A stretch of 64,000 nucleotides of DNA, from contig JAFCCL010000001.1 in NCBI GenBank assembly GCA_017610205.1, forward strand, positions 172,327 to 236,326. The letters run 5' to 3'. Shown one piece after another: positions 19,255-28,587 of this stretch. The stretch's first letter is position 1; each line of letters opens with the position of its first letter. Under the pieces are notes generated by a model. The model did no database searches. It worked only from the letters and a program-made list of their open reading frames with translations, and was not told where the DNA came from. This DNA is from Candidatus Iainarchaeum sp. (GTDB taxonomy: Archaea > Iainarchaeota > Iainarchaeia > Iainarchaeales > GCA-2688035). Made by a program: the position numbers and the translations under genes.

Positions 19255-20193
19255 ATGCCTTACGAAATACCCCAAAACCTAAAATACAAAGAAAAAATTG
19301 CCTTCAACCTCACATTCGAACAAATGGCCTGGCTTGGAGTGTTCGGAACAATAGCCGCAATAATTTACCTAAAAACAGGCCTGCCTTTTCCGATAAAAGA
19401 AGGAATTGCACTATTGATTGCATCAATTGGATGCGGGTTTGCATTCCTAAACTTTACAGAACACCTAAAAACATTCAGAACCTACAAAAAAAGCATTAAC
19501 AAAGCAGGCTATTTTGACCCAAAAATGCGCCAGCTCGTCGACGTCAAAAAAATAGAAAAGGACGTAATCTTCTTGAAAGACGGTTCAATGAGAGCCTTGC
19601 TGCAAATTACGCCATTGAACTTTTCAATGCTTTCAAAAAACGAACAGCAGGCAATAATAAAAGCCTACAAAGACTTTCTCAACAGCATGGACTTCACAGT
19701 ACAAATAGTTGCAAGAACAGTAAACCTCTCACTCGAAAGCTACCTCAGAACACTTCACGAAAAAGCAGTTCAATCAAAAAACGAAAAATTAGTCGAACAA
19801 TTCGAATCATTCAGAGAATTCCTAAACCAATTCATAGAACAAAACGCAGTCAAAGACCGGCTGTTCTATTTGGTAATTCCAAACAGCCAAGAAAACGGAA
19901 TTTTCCTATTTAAAAGCCAGCAAAAAACAGAACAATCCCTAAAAGAATTAGACATCAGAGTAAAGTTATGCCAGCAAAAACTCAAAAAATGCAACCTCCT
20001 CACAAAACACCTGAACTCGGAAGAGCTCACCTCACTTATGGCTAGCTTCTTTCACGGATTCATAGAAGCCCAAAACGAATACTTCTTCCCAACAACAATG
20101 CTAAAAAAATTCGAAAAACAAAACCCAATTAGAAAATGGATTGACCTAAACGGTTCAGAACAAACAATCCAAAACGCAGGAGTGACAGCATGA
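19255..20193 (+). CDS. PrgI/VirB3-like membrane protein with TraC/VirB4-N-like soluble domain
   Basis: YEIPQNLKYKEKIAFNLTFEQM plus two TMs; PLNFSMLSKNEQQAII..YKDFLNSMDFTVQI. Confidence 0.75.
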   Translation: MPYEIPQNLKYKEKIAFNLTFEQMAWLGVFGTIAAIIYLKTGLPFPIKEGIALLIASIGCGFAFLNFTEHLKTFRTYKKSINKAGYFDPKMRQLVDVKKIEKDVIFLKDGSMRALLQITPLNFSMLSKNEQQAIIKAYKDFLNSMDFTVQIVARTVNLSLESYLRTLHEKAVQSKNEKLVEQFESFREFLNQFIEQNAVKDRLFYLVIPNSQENGIFLFKSQQKTEQSLKELDIRVKLCQQKLKKCNLLTKHLNSEELTSLMASFFHGFIEAQNEYFFPTTMLKKFEKQNPIRKWIDLNGSEQTIQNAGVTA

Positions 20194-20372
20194 ACGAAAC
20201 ACTTGATAGCAAATGGAAAAAAGCAATAATACAAATAGCAACAGAACTTCGCAAGGCTAATCAAATAAGTGCGGTAATCGGAAATGGGCTATTAGGAAAA
20301 GAGATTGGTCAAATAAAAGAAAAAAAGAAAAGATTCAGCGAAATAGAAAAAATAAGAAAAGGCGTTAGCTAA
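20190..20372 (+). CDS. Small hypothetical protein
   Basis: ATGA overlap with the upstream gene; GGAGTGA RBS. Confidence 0.5.
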   Translation: MNETLDSKWKKAIIQIATELRKANQISAVIGNGLLGKEIGQIKEKKKRFSEIEKIRKGVS

Positions 20373-20385
20373 TTATTGTTTTTAA

Positions 20386-21696
20386 ATGGTTTCTTGCTCA
20401 TTTAAGAATATGGAGTTAGATGAAGATGAAACAATTACTCTGAAAGATGCTGTTTCTCGAGAAGGAGCTTTTCTTAGAGATAAATTAGCGGAACATTTTA
20501 GTGATGACAACCTTTTAGAAGTACATGCAATAGAACATCCTGTTTGTTTTGATGGTCAAAAAAGAAGAATTGATCTTATTCTAAAAACTAGGAAAAGAGG
20601 TATATGCCCGTTTGAAATTTTTTTTGTAATCGAAGTGAAGAAGCTAAACCGCAAACATTCTGCAATAATAAGCTTTGGCGATCAAGAGAAAAGAGATTTT
20701 TTCTATGCAAGTGTTTTAGGCGCTGACCCGGAAGTAAAAATTATTCGAGAAAAGCAAAGAAACGTAATTGAAACAACCAATAAAATAGACTTTTTTAGTG
20801 ATTTTTGTGCCTTTGACAAAAAAATTTTAGAAAAAGTAAAGAAACAGAAACCAAAAGCAATACTTTCTAATGTAAGACTAAATCGTAAAGACGAAACCAA
20901 TCAAGCTTTGCAACAAGCATATCAAGGAACCTGTGGATTTCTAAAAGAATTAGAAACCAAATATGGCGTTGGTTTTAAGCGACTTTCAGGTGGAAAATTA
21001 GAAATTGACAGAAACCGGTATATTATCCCTGTTGTAATAACTACTGCTGAGTTTACTCTTGCATTATTGGATTTGAATAAATATTCTCTAGAAACAGGCG
21101 AATTCAAAAACGAAAGCCTAAAGTTAAAACCAAGTAGTTGGCACGCTATAAAATATTCAGAAGCCCGATTAACAGCTATTGAAGACCCATTTGTTGAACA
21201 AGAAATATTTGTTGTGAATACAAGCAATCTTGACAAGTTCTTTAAAGAAATAGTCGCCTCTGTATTGCGCCACCATTTCAAATTTACTCAATTAACTCAA
21301 AGGAATAAAAAAATAGGGCCCTTAATTAAAAACCATAATGACAAAATAAAATCTATAAAATATGTCGATATCCTGCATTTAGTTACCAAAAAGAACCTGT
21401 GGGGCAGATTTAGAGATTGGTTTAAATCGGATTTGATAAATGATGAAAATCCATTCGGTTTGGAACGACTTAAAACCGATTTAGACGATAGAATAAATTC
21501 AGATCCAGATCTTTTCAAGCTTACAGTATACTTAGTTTCTATTTACTACAATGACAAATGGGTGTCTGGTTCACCGCAGTCCTTAGAACTTTGGCTAGGA
21601 GCGAACTACTATCGGCATATTATAGAATTTTTCGATTTTTTGAAGCTTTCCGATATACAAGAGCTTGTCTTTGAAAAGAAAAATTATTCTGTATAA
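20386..21696 (+). CDS. PD-(D/E)xK nuclease-like protein
   Basis: RRIDLILK...FVIEVKK and downstream ALQQ helix. Confidence 0.55.
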   Translation: MVSCSFKNMELDEDETITLKDAVSREGAFLRDKLAEHFSDDNLLEVHAIEHPVCFDGQKRRIDLILKTRKRGICPFEIFFVIEVKKLNRKHSAIISFGDQEKRDFFYASVLGADPEVKIIREKQRNVIETTNKIDFFSDFCAFDKKILEKVKKQKPKAILSNVRLNRKDETNQALQQAYQGTCGFLKELETKYGVGFKRLSGGKLEIDRNRYIIPVVITTAEFTLALLDLNKYSLETGEFKNESLKLKPSSWHAIKYSEARLTAIEDPFVEQEIFVVNTSNLDKFFKEIVASVLRHHFKFTQLTQRNKKIGPLIKNHNDKIKSIKYVDILHLVTKKNLWGRFRDWFKSDLINDENPFGLERLKTDLDDRINSDPDLFKLTVYLVSIYYNDKWVSGSPQSLELWLGANYYRHIIEFFDFLKLSDIQELVFEKKNYSV

Positions 21697-21744
21697 CCTT
21701 TTCACTCCTCCTTTTTATACTCCTTGAGTTGAGTAATAAGGCTT

Positions 21745-23973
21745 ATGTCAAAGCAGACTCAAAGTATCTTGGAGCCTTTACTAAAGCCTTCTTTTGTCAA
21801 GAATTCGCCGGACTGCATTCAGATAAACGAAAACTATAATCGCATTATAATGGCTGTCGGCTACCCGCGACAAATAGAAGAAGGCTGGCTTGACCGAATA
21901 ATTTCTTCGGAGGGAAGCTTTGATTTAAGCATGTTTATTGAACCTGCCTCAATTGAATTCATTTTAGGGGAATTAAACAAAGAGCTTGTGAAACAGAAAA
22001 GCGACATCATGGCAGCTGAACTAAAAGGAATTGTAAACCCCATCCTGCGCGTTCAGTATGAAGACACCTACACAACACTGCAAAGACTACAGACCGGTGA
22101 AGAAAAGTTATTCAACTTTTCTTTTTATGTAAATGCAAGAAGCTATGACAAAAACGAACTGAACTTGTTGAGCAAAAAGATTGAATCAGAACTCAATAGC
22201 ATAATGATTATTCCAAAAACACCCTATCTCAAAATGCAACAAGGCATCCAGTCAATTGTGCCAGTCTGCAAGGACAGACTTCGCGCTCAAAGAAACATTC
22301 CAAGCAACGCACTCTCAGCCTGCTTTCCGTTCACCTCGCGCTTTTTGAACCTTGACGAAGACGGAGTAATGTTTGGTGTAAACCAATCAAACAACATTCC
22401 AATAATCCTAAACCAATACAAGTTCACAAATTACAACGGTATTGTTTTAGGAAGCAGTGGTGGAGGAAAAAGCTTCTTTGTCAAGCTTTACATTATCCGC
22501 AATCTTTTGAAAGGAATGCAGACATACATAGTGGACCCGCAAGGGGAATACTCAGAACTGACACAAAAATATGATGGTCAGATTGTAAGCATTTCAAGAA
22601 AAAGCAAAACCATAATCAACCCATTGGACTTAATGGACCGTGATTTTGGCGACAAAATGCTTTCTTTAATGGACTTGTTCAAAATAATGTTCGGCGAACT
22701 AACAGAAGTGCAAAAAAATGTTCTGGACAAAGCACTAATCAAAACATATGAGCAAAAACACATTTTACCAAACCAGCCTGAAACATGGAACGCAAAACCA
22801 CCAATCCTGGAAGACTTGTACAATGTTTTGGAAAAAGAATCAAAGAGCACAAACAAAATTGAAAAAATGACATATGATGCTTTACTCAACAGGCTGAGAA
22901 TTTATGCAAAAGGAAGCTTCTCATTCCTAAACAAGCACACCTACCTTAACCTTGAAAAAAAGCTTATCTCATTTAACATAAAAGAAATGCCTACCCAAGT
23001 CAAGCCCCTAATGATGTTTCTTATACTTGACTTTATTTACGAAAAAATCCAAAAAGACCACGAAAGAAAACTTATTGTTGTGGATGAAGCATGGCAGCTG
23101 CTCAGATACGGAGAACACGCAGAATACCTGTTTAAAATATGCAAAACAGCAAGAAAATTTGGTGCGGGACTAGCAATAATTACCCAAGAAGTCAACGACT
23201 TACTAAATTCACAGGCTGGAAAGACCATTTTAGCTAATACTGCCTGGAAACTGTTAACAAGACAAGAACCAGCAGTAATAAACGAGCTAATAGAAAAATT
23301 CAACTTAAACAAAGAAGAAAAAAACTTTCTGCTGACAGTTGATGCCGGCGAAGGCCTGCTGTTTGCAATGAATGACAGAATTCCAATCAAAGTTGTGGCA
23401 TCTGAAAAAGAATACGACATTATCACAACAAACCCAGAAGACCTGAAGAAAAGGCAAGTGTTAAGAGAAAAAATTTCACTAGAAGAAGACTTCAACGAAG
23501 AAGTCTACGGACTAAAAAAAAGCTATTATCAAGTTAACGAGTTAAACGAAAAGCAAATTGCGTTCCTAAAAGCAAACGGCTATAAAGAATCAAGACAGCT
23601 TGGTTTAGAACCAGGAGGCGCACACAAATACCTAATAGGCATGCAACCAGAAAATGAAGGAACAGACCACGCATTTCTTGTGCAACTACTTTACGAGGAA
23701 ATCAGCAAAAAAACAGACAAAGTAATGCGCTACGCCGTTCAAAAACCAGACCTTGTTTTTGTAGCAAACGAAAAAAGATACGCAATCGAAGTAGAAACAG
23801 GAAAAAACCTCTCAGACAAAAACAAAATGAAAGAAAAATCAAAAAAACTAAAAGAATTTGAACAAGGACTATTCGTAGTAACCGACTGGAAACTAAAAAC
23901 AAAATACAAACAATACGGAAAAACACTCGGAAGATTCGAAGTAAAAAAAGAATTAGAAAAATTGTTTCGCTGA
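21745..23973 (+). CDS. virB4: VirB4-like conjugative ATPase with C-terminal PD-(D/E)xK-like domain
   Basis: GSSGGGKS Walker A, VDPQGEY, VVDEAW Walker B, ARKFG, ITQ; C-terminal DHAFLV...KPDLVF...AIEVETG. Confidence 0.9.
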   Translation: MSKQTQSILEPLLKPSFVKNSPDCIQINENYNRIIMAVGYPRQIEEGWLDRIISSEGSFDLSMFIEPASIEFILGELNKELVKQKSDIMAAELKGIVNPILRVQYEDTYTTLQRLQTGEEKLFNFSFYVNARSYDKNELNLLSKKIESELNSIMIIPKTPYLKMQQGIQSIVPVCKDRLRAQRNIPSNALSACFPFTSRFLNLDEDGVMFGVNQSNNIPIILNQYKFTNYNGIVLGSSGGGKSFFVKLYIIRNLLKGMQTYIVDPQGEYSELTQKYDGQIVSISRKSKTIINPLDLMDRDFGDKMLSLMDLFKIMFGELTEVQKNVLDKALIKTYEQKHILPNQPETWNAKPPILEDLYNVLEKESKSTNKIEKMTYDALLNRLRIYAKGSFSFLNKHTYLNLEKKLISFNIKEMPTQVKPLMMFLILDFIYEKIQKDHERKLIVVDEAWQLLRYGEHAEYLFKICKTARKFGAGLAIITQEVNDLLNSQAGKTILANTAWKLLTRQEPAVINELIEKFNLNKEEKNFLLTVDAGEGLLFAMNDRIPIKVVASEKEYDIITTNPEDLKKRQVLREKISLEEDFNEEVYGLKKSYYQVNELNEKQIAFLKANGYKESRQLGLEPGGAHKYLIGMQPENEGTDHAFLVQLLYEEISKKTDKVMRYAVQKPDLVFVANEKRYAIEVETGKNLSDKNKMKEKSKKLKEFEQGLFVVTDWKLKTKYKQYGKTLGRFEVKKELEKLFR

Positions 23974-24053
23974 TTGCAACGAGCAAGCAATAATCCCGCA
24001 CTTTTTTCTTTTTTTATTAAGTTTTTAATTGTTTTCTGAGTTAATATTTTTAT

Positions 24054-24956
24054 ATGAAAAGAATTGGTTTTTGTTTATTTCTAATTGTAGTAATCTTGTT
24101 TAGTGGCTGTATAAAACAAACCTCTGAACAAAATGATAATTCTAATCAAAATTTTCTTGAAGAGCTTGAAACATGTAAAAACCAAAAATTGAAACTGGGC
24201 GTAGATTTAAAAGAATGTCAAAATTCTCTTTCTGAAGCAAATTTTTCTTTGTCAAATTATAAATTATCTCATTTGGATTCTTTTACTCCTCCATATACTT
24301 ATATTGAAGGAAGGACAATCCATACTGTTTTCAAGCTAAGTAATGGACAATTATCTCATTGGACTACTCCTGCAAATAGTTATGACTATTTTGTAACAAC
24401 AGAATATTTTATGAACGAATTCGATTTAGCAACACTTCGTTGGCTCAAGGTTTCCCGAGCAACTGACTATTATGATAACTATGCTGGAAAATATGTAAAA
24501 TTATCTCCTGCGGGGCAGATTAAGGAAACGATAAATGCTGTTGACTACCGGCCATTTGTTGAAACTAAAACAATAAAATCAATAGCTGATGAATTATATA
24601 ACATGAGTTCAACGGATGAAGAATTTGTTAAAGAAGTTTTTAATATGTTAAAACAAATTACAACATATACTGAAGACGTTGACGGAGAAGCACATTTTCC
24701 TATAACAACACTTCTTTCTGCAGGTGGCGACTGTGAGGACACTGCAATTTTGACAGCAAGTCTACTAAAAGCACCACGTCCCGATTGGCGAGTAGACCTT
24801 GTTTATATGGATGCAAACAATCCAGAAAACCCAGCAGAATTTAATCATGTAGCAGTTTATGTAGACACTGGAGAGTATGCAACTTTTATTGAAACAACTT
24901 CCACAAGCGAAATGAGTCCTTATACAAAAGTTGTTGGATGGTACTTTACTGTATAA
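24054..24956 (+). CDS. Lipoprotein, transglutaminase-like cysteine protease (paralog of 14530-15393)
   Basis: LFSGC lipobox; GGDCEDTAIL, VYMDANNPENP, NHVAVYVDTG shared with the paralog. Confidence 0.8.
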   Translation: MKRIGFCLFLIVVILFSGCIKQTSEQNDNSNQNFLEELETCKNQKLKLGVDLKECQNSLSEANFSLSNYKLSHLDSFTPPYTYIEGRTIHTVFKLSNGQLSHWTTPANSYDYFVTTEYFMNEFDLATLRWLKVSRATDYYDNYAGKYVKLSPAGQIKETINAVDYRPFVETKTIKSIADELYNMSSTDEEFVKEVFNMLKQITTYTEDVDGEAHFPITTLLSAGGDCEDTAILTASLLKAPRPDWRVDLVYMDANNPENPAEFNHVAVYVDTGEYATFIETTSTSEMSPYTKVVGWYFTV

Positions 24957-24970
24957 AAAAGTGATTTGCT

Positions 24971-25150
24971 TTGAACAGAAAAGGACAAAGTAATGTTATT
25001 GGAATACCAATTGGAATGATTTTAATTGGGATAATATCGTTGCTTATAGGACAAGGCTTGGCACCAATGCCTTATAGCGAGTTATTTGATATTGTTGGTG
25101 TAATTTCAATGATAATTGGATTACTAGCCTTCATTCCAACTCTTCGCTGA
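24971..25150 (+). CDS. Small membrane protein with class III (type IV pilin-like) signal, 59 aa
   Basis: Manual translation MNRKGQSNVIGIPIGMILIGIISLLIGQGLAPMPYSELFDIVGVISMIIGLLAFIPTLR. Confidence 0.6.
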   Translation: MNRKGQSNVIGIPIGMILIGIISLLIGQGLAPMPYSELFDIVGVISMIIGLLAFIPTLR

Positions 25151-25419
25151 TTGCCTGAACCTTGCAAACCTTTTTATTTGCCAGCAAACGCCTTTTATTT
25201 TATGTATTGGATTGCTATACAACGCCGGCTTTTACAGGAAGCAGAAGAAATAATGGAAGGAGAAGCAAGCTGAAAATTCCTTTACCGAAAGAATAAAATA
25301 GAAATTTGAAAAAAATGGTGTTGCAAGCTCCAATCTAGGAAATAAGACATTTTCACTGATTTTAAGAGAGTGTTACAAATAGTGTAGGATTTTATAGGTT
25401 TTGTAGTGAATATCAATTA

Positions 25420-26334
25420 ATGAAACAACTCACAAAATACAATATGTTTGCCATTGGATTTATGTTACTGTTGCTTATCCTGGCTAGCGGATGTGTTAAG
25501 GTCGAAAAGCCGACTGGACAGCTTCAAAATTATTCTAATTCACAAAGCAGTGACAATCAGCCACCTACTGAAATAAATTTAGAAATCGGTGAAACAGCCA
25601 AAACAAGTAAGATCGAGGTAACAGTTATAAGTGCTGAAATTGGATCGGAGTTAAATTATAATTCCGAATATTTTGGACCAAGTCAAAAAACCGCCCCCGC
25701 AGGCAAAAAGTTCTTATTGGTCAAAGCTAGGATAAAGAATGTTAACTCCGACAGTATATATGTTGGATCATGGGAATTTAGTGCAACAGACGGCGAAGGA
25801 AATGCCTATGATACTGAAATTAATCCATCACAGGACAGTATGCCATCCAGTCGCAAATTATATAAAAACCAAAAGATAGAAGGAACAATTCTATTTGAGT
25901 TGAATGCCAATGCAAAAGATGTAAAAGTACTGTTTGATTTTGGAAATATGTTTACAGGGACCAGTTTGGCTTCATGGGAGTTTCCAAAAGAAGGCAAACC
26001 AGAAATTCGCATAGACCTAGATTCTGAAAACTCAATTTTTGAAAATTCTGAAAAAATAGAAATTGGTTATTATGTGGATGGTGTAACTCACGACAGCCAA
26101 TATGATATACATATTTATGAAAAACTCCTCAACGAAGATGCTGAGAATATGTGGCCTGACAGCTACGACATTGGACAAAAAGCAGGCGAAAAAACAGGCT
26201 CATTTAATTACAGTCTTAATTTCACGCCAACACCCGACAATTATCCCTTGGGAAAATATACGCTGGAAATAACCGTAATTGATAACATCAGTGACAAAAC
26301 TGCGAAAGAAGAGATTGAAATTGAAATAACTTAA
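25420..26334 (+). CDS. Lipoprotein with DUF4352-like Ig-fold domain
   Basis: LASGC lipobox; IGETA, KKFLLVKARIKN, FSATDGEGNAY, EGTILFE. Confidence 0.7.
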   Translation: MKQLTKYNMFAIGFMLLLLILASGCVKVEKPTGQLQNYSNSQSSDNQPPTEINLEIGETAKTSKIEVTVISAEIGSELNYNSEYFGPSQKTAPAGKKFLLVKARIKNVNSDSIYVGSWEFSATDGEGNAYDTEINPSQDSMPSSRKLYKNQKIEGTILFELNANAKDVKVLFDFGNMFTGTSLASWEFPKEGKPEIRIDLDSENSIFENSEKIEIGYYVDGVTHDSQYDIHIYEKLLNEDAENMWPDSYDIGQKAGEKTGSFNYSLNFTPTPDNYPLGKYTLEITVIDNISDKTAKEEIEIEIT

Positions 26335-26498
26335 GCAATTCCTATTTTGCAAAACGATAACTCATTACAACTGTCAATTGCCTTAATCAGCACAACGCTT
26401 TTAAACCCTTGAAGCCACTTGCTTGTTATGGATTTGGATGAATGGCAGGCTAAGCAAATTGCTATAGTGTTGAAAGATTATAAGGAAGCAAGTTAATG

Positions 26499-27177
26499 TT
26501 ATGGCAAGCTTTCGCAGGCTATTCCATCATTGTCGCCATCTAGCCAATGAACATCGTTTGCTGTTCCACCACAGGCCACAAATACTGCTTGTGCTTCTGC
26601 TCGTGTCCTAAAATCACTGCAATTGTAAGCGTTGTATGAGCAAATATAAGTTGGGCTATTGGTTTTTGGTGTTTCTTCGGCTTCCCAGATTCCAATATTT
26701 AGAACTTTGGCTTCTGTTTCCATTTCTTCTAAATCATTACACAATTTTGTATCAGGAGGAAAGCGGTACACTCTACCAAAACCATTTTTTTACGAGTTCA
26801 CCATTCACAAACAAGTCTTCAAGATAAACATATCTCAAAAGCCTGCCATACATATCAATTTCGCTTACGTCTTTTTCAAGCAGAACGCTTTTGCCTAAAA
26901 CCAAACTGGTAAGATAGTCTTTTGCTTCTTGGTAGCCTGCTTCGCCCTGCTCAGGAGTATCAATGCATATCAGCCTTACCCTTTCATCCGTATTTAGCAC
27001 TATTGTGTCGCCATCAATTATTCGAGAAACTATGAGTTCCAGTGGAATTACTGGGTTTTCTTTCTCAACAGGTTTTTCTTCTACAGGACGCTCTTCAGTT
27101 GTTTTCTCTTCACCTTCTGAAACCCCTTGTTCTTCTTCATTTGACGGTTGCTCTCCAGGCACAATAAAAGTTTTCAA
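26499..27177 (-). pseudogene. Thermonuclease (SNase) with Excalibur-like Ca-binding C-terminus, frameshifted
   Basis: IIDGDT, VRLICIDTPE, DMYGRLLRYV, then YNCSDF...[14 protein letters not shown]; one extra A in the A7 run at 26785-26791 splits [11 protein letters not shown]. Confidence 0.8.
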
Positions 27178-27267
27178 AAAACAAATAGGATGGGCAAAAA
27201 ACCTGTTTGAATAACTATTTTATTGAAATGAAAAAGAAAAAGTTAAGCCAATACTGCAAAAACAGCA

Positions 27268-27828
27268 TTAGCTTCTTTCCAAAACAAAAGCACAGCATTT
27301 GCCCTTACCTTCACATACTCTACAAGCATCCTTAATGCTTGTACCTTCCCAACCCCCCTCACCATTTTCAAGCTTGTATTCTTCAATGCCATTATTAAGC
27401 TCTTCCAAGTTAACATCGCAGACAACTGCAATCCTTGTGACCTGGTTGCTTGAACCATGGTATACAAGCCTTTGATTATCACTAGCATCTTCGCATCCAA
27501 TACATTCAAAACCATTTACAAAATCTTCCGCAAACTGACCAGTACTCATACAAATCTGGTCCTGACTTATTGACAGCCTCTCCACTAGAGTGCTTGCTGT
27601 AAGCACATCACCTGGCCTGAAAACAACCTCTGACGAGTATTTTAATGCACCAGACGAATCATCAAGGTCTATAAGCAAAGACCTTATTTTACTCAAGGGG
27701 GTGCCCCAATCATCTGTTTGAATTGGTAGATTCAAGATTCCAAAAATTACTATTACAAGAAGTACTACTGCAACAATCACTACAATAAGCAACTTAAAAG
27801 CTTTGTGCACTTGCTCTTTGTTATTCAA
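27268..27828 (-). CDS. Pilin-like Cys-rich surface protein (degenerate class III signal)
   Basis: MNNKEQVHKAFKLLIVVIVAVVLL N-terminus; several Cys. Confidence 0.6.
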   Translation of the reverse strand: MNNKEQVHKAFKLLIVVIVAVVLLVIVIFGILNLPIQTDDWGTPLSKIRSLLIDLDDSSGALKYSSEVVFRPGDVLTASTLVERLSISQDQICMSTGQFAEDFVNGFECIGCEDASDNQRLVYHGSSNQVTRIAVVCDVNLEELNNGIEEYKLENGEGGWEGTSIKDACRVCEGKGKCCAFVLERS

Positions 27829-27957
27829 AAAAAACCACCTAACTAAAAAAAAAGACTTCCTTGTATTTAAAGGTTATTTTACTGGGTTACCCACCGATTG
27901 CTTATAAGACAACAAAAGAATTCTAAATAACAACCCCAAACAGAAAGTAAACCTTTT

Positions 27958-27988
27958 GGTTGAACTTTTTTCAACCGCTAGTATATAA
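27958..27988 (+). promoter_or_regulatory. Palindromic operator plus TATA box upstream of the TrmB-like regulator
   Basis: GGTTGAA-ctttt-TTCAACC (27958-27976) followed by TATATAA (27982-27988). Confidence 0.55.
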
Positions 27989-28030
27989 GTCTGCAACTAA
28001 GAGTTATTTTAGGGGTATAGGTGAATTGGG

Positions 28031-28543
28031 ATGGAGCAGCAAGCTCTTGAACTGAAAAAGATATTTAATGGAGTAATTGACAGCTTTGGATTAAACCACG
28101 CACGCGTATACTATACTCTGCTGTCAAGTGAAGTTAAAACCGCAAAACAATTGATTGAAACAACAAACGTAAACCAGGCAACCACTTACGCAGTACTACG
28201 TGAACTGCTTAAATGGGAGCTAATCAAGCACAGCAACACAAACCCGACAAGCTATTTTATTGACAACCCAATGAAAACCTTTGAACAACAAGTCAAAAGA
28301 AAAGAAAAAATAATCAACACCAAACGAAAACAACTAGAAAACCTAATAGCATCAGACACAGACGAAACAGAAAAATACATAATCAAAATAGGAAAAGGGC
28401 AACAAACAAAACTCGTGAACGTGCTTACAAAAAAAGAAATCAAATACAAAGGAGAACTAATAAAAATAAAAGAATCGCTGGACAAAATGCTGAAAGAGGC
28501 GCCGGAAAAAGAAAAGAGGTACGCTTTCGCTTACTACAAATAA
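28031..28543 (+). CDS. TrmB-family HTH transcriptional regulator
   Basis: FGLNHARVYYTLL...TAKQL...TYAVLRELLKWELI...PTSYF. Confidence 0.8.
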   Translation: MEQQALELKKIFNGVIDSFGLNHARVYYTLLSSEVKTAKQLIETTNVNQATTYAVLRELLKWELIKHSNTNPTSYFIDNPMKTFEQQVKRKEKIINTKRKQLENLIASDTDETEKYIIKIGKGQQTKLVNVLTKKEIKYKGELIKIKESLDKMLKEAPEKEKRYAFAYYK

Positions 28544-28587
28544 AATCAACTAAATGCTTATATTGATTACCTAATTATAATCTTGGG

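Noticed and set aside
18947-19255. Plus-strand 102-aa ORF between the VirB6- and VirB3-like genes
   Set aside because: F/S-rich antisense shadow of the Arg-rich gene; its GAGGTGA-ATG start may be the relic of an interrupted operon gene, but the body is not convincing
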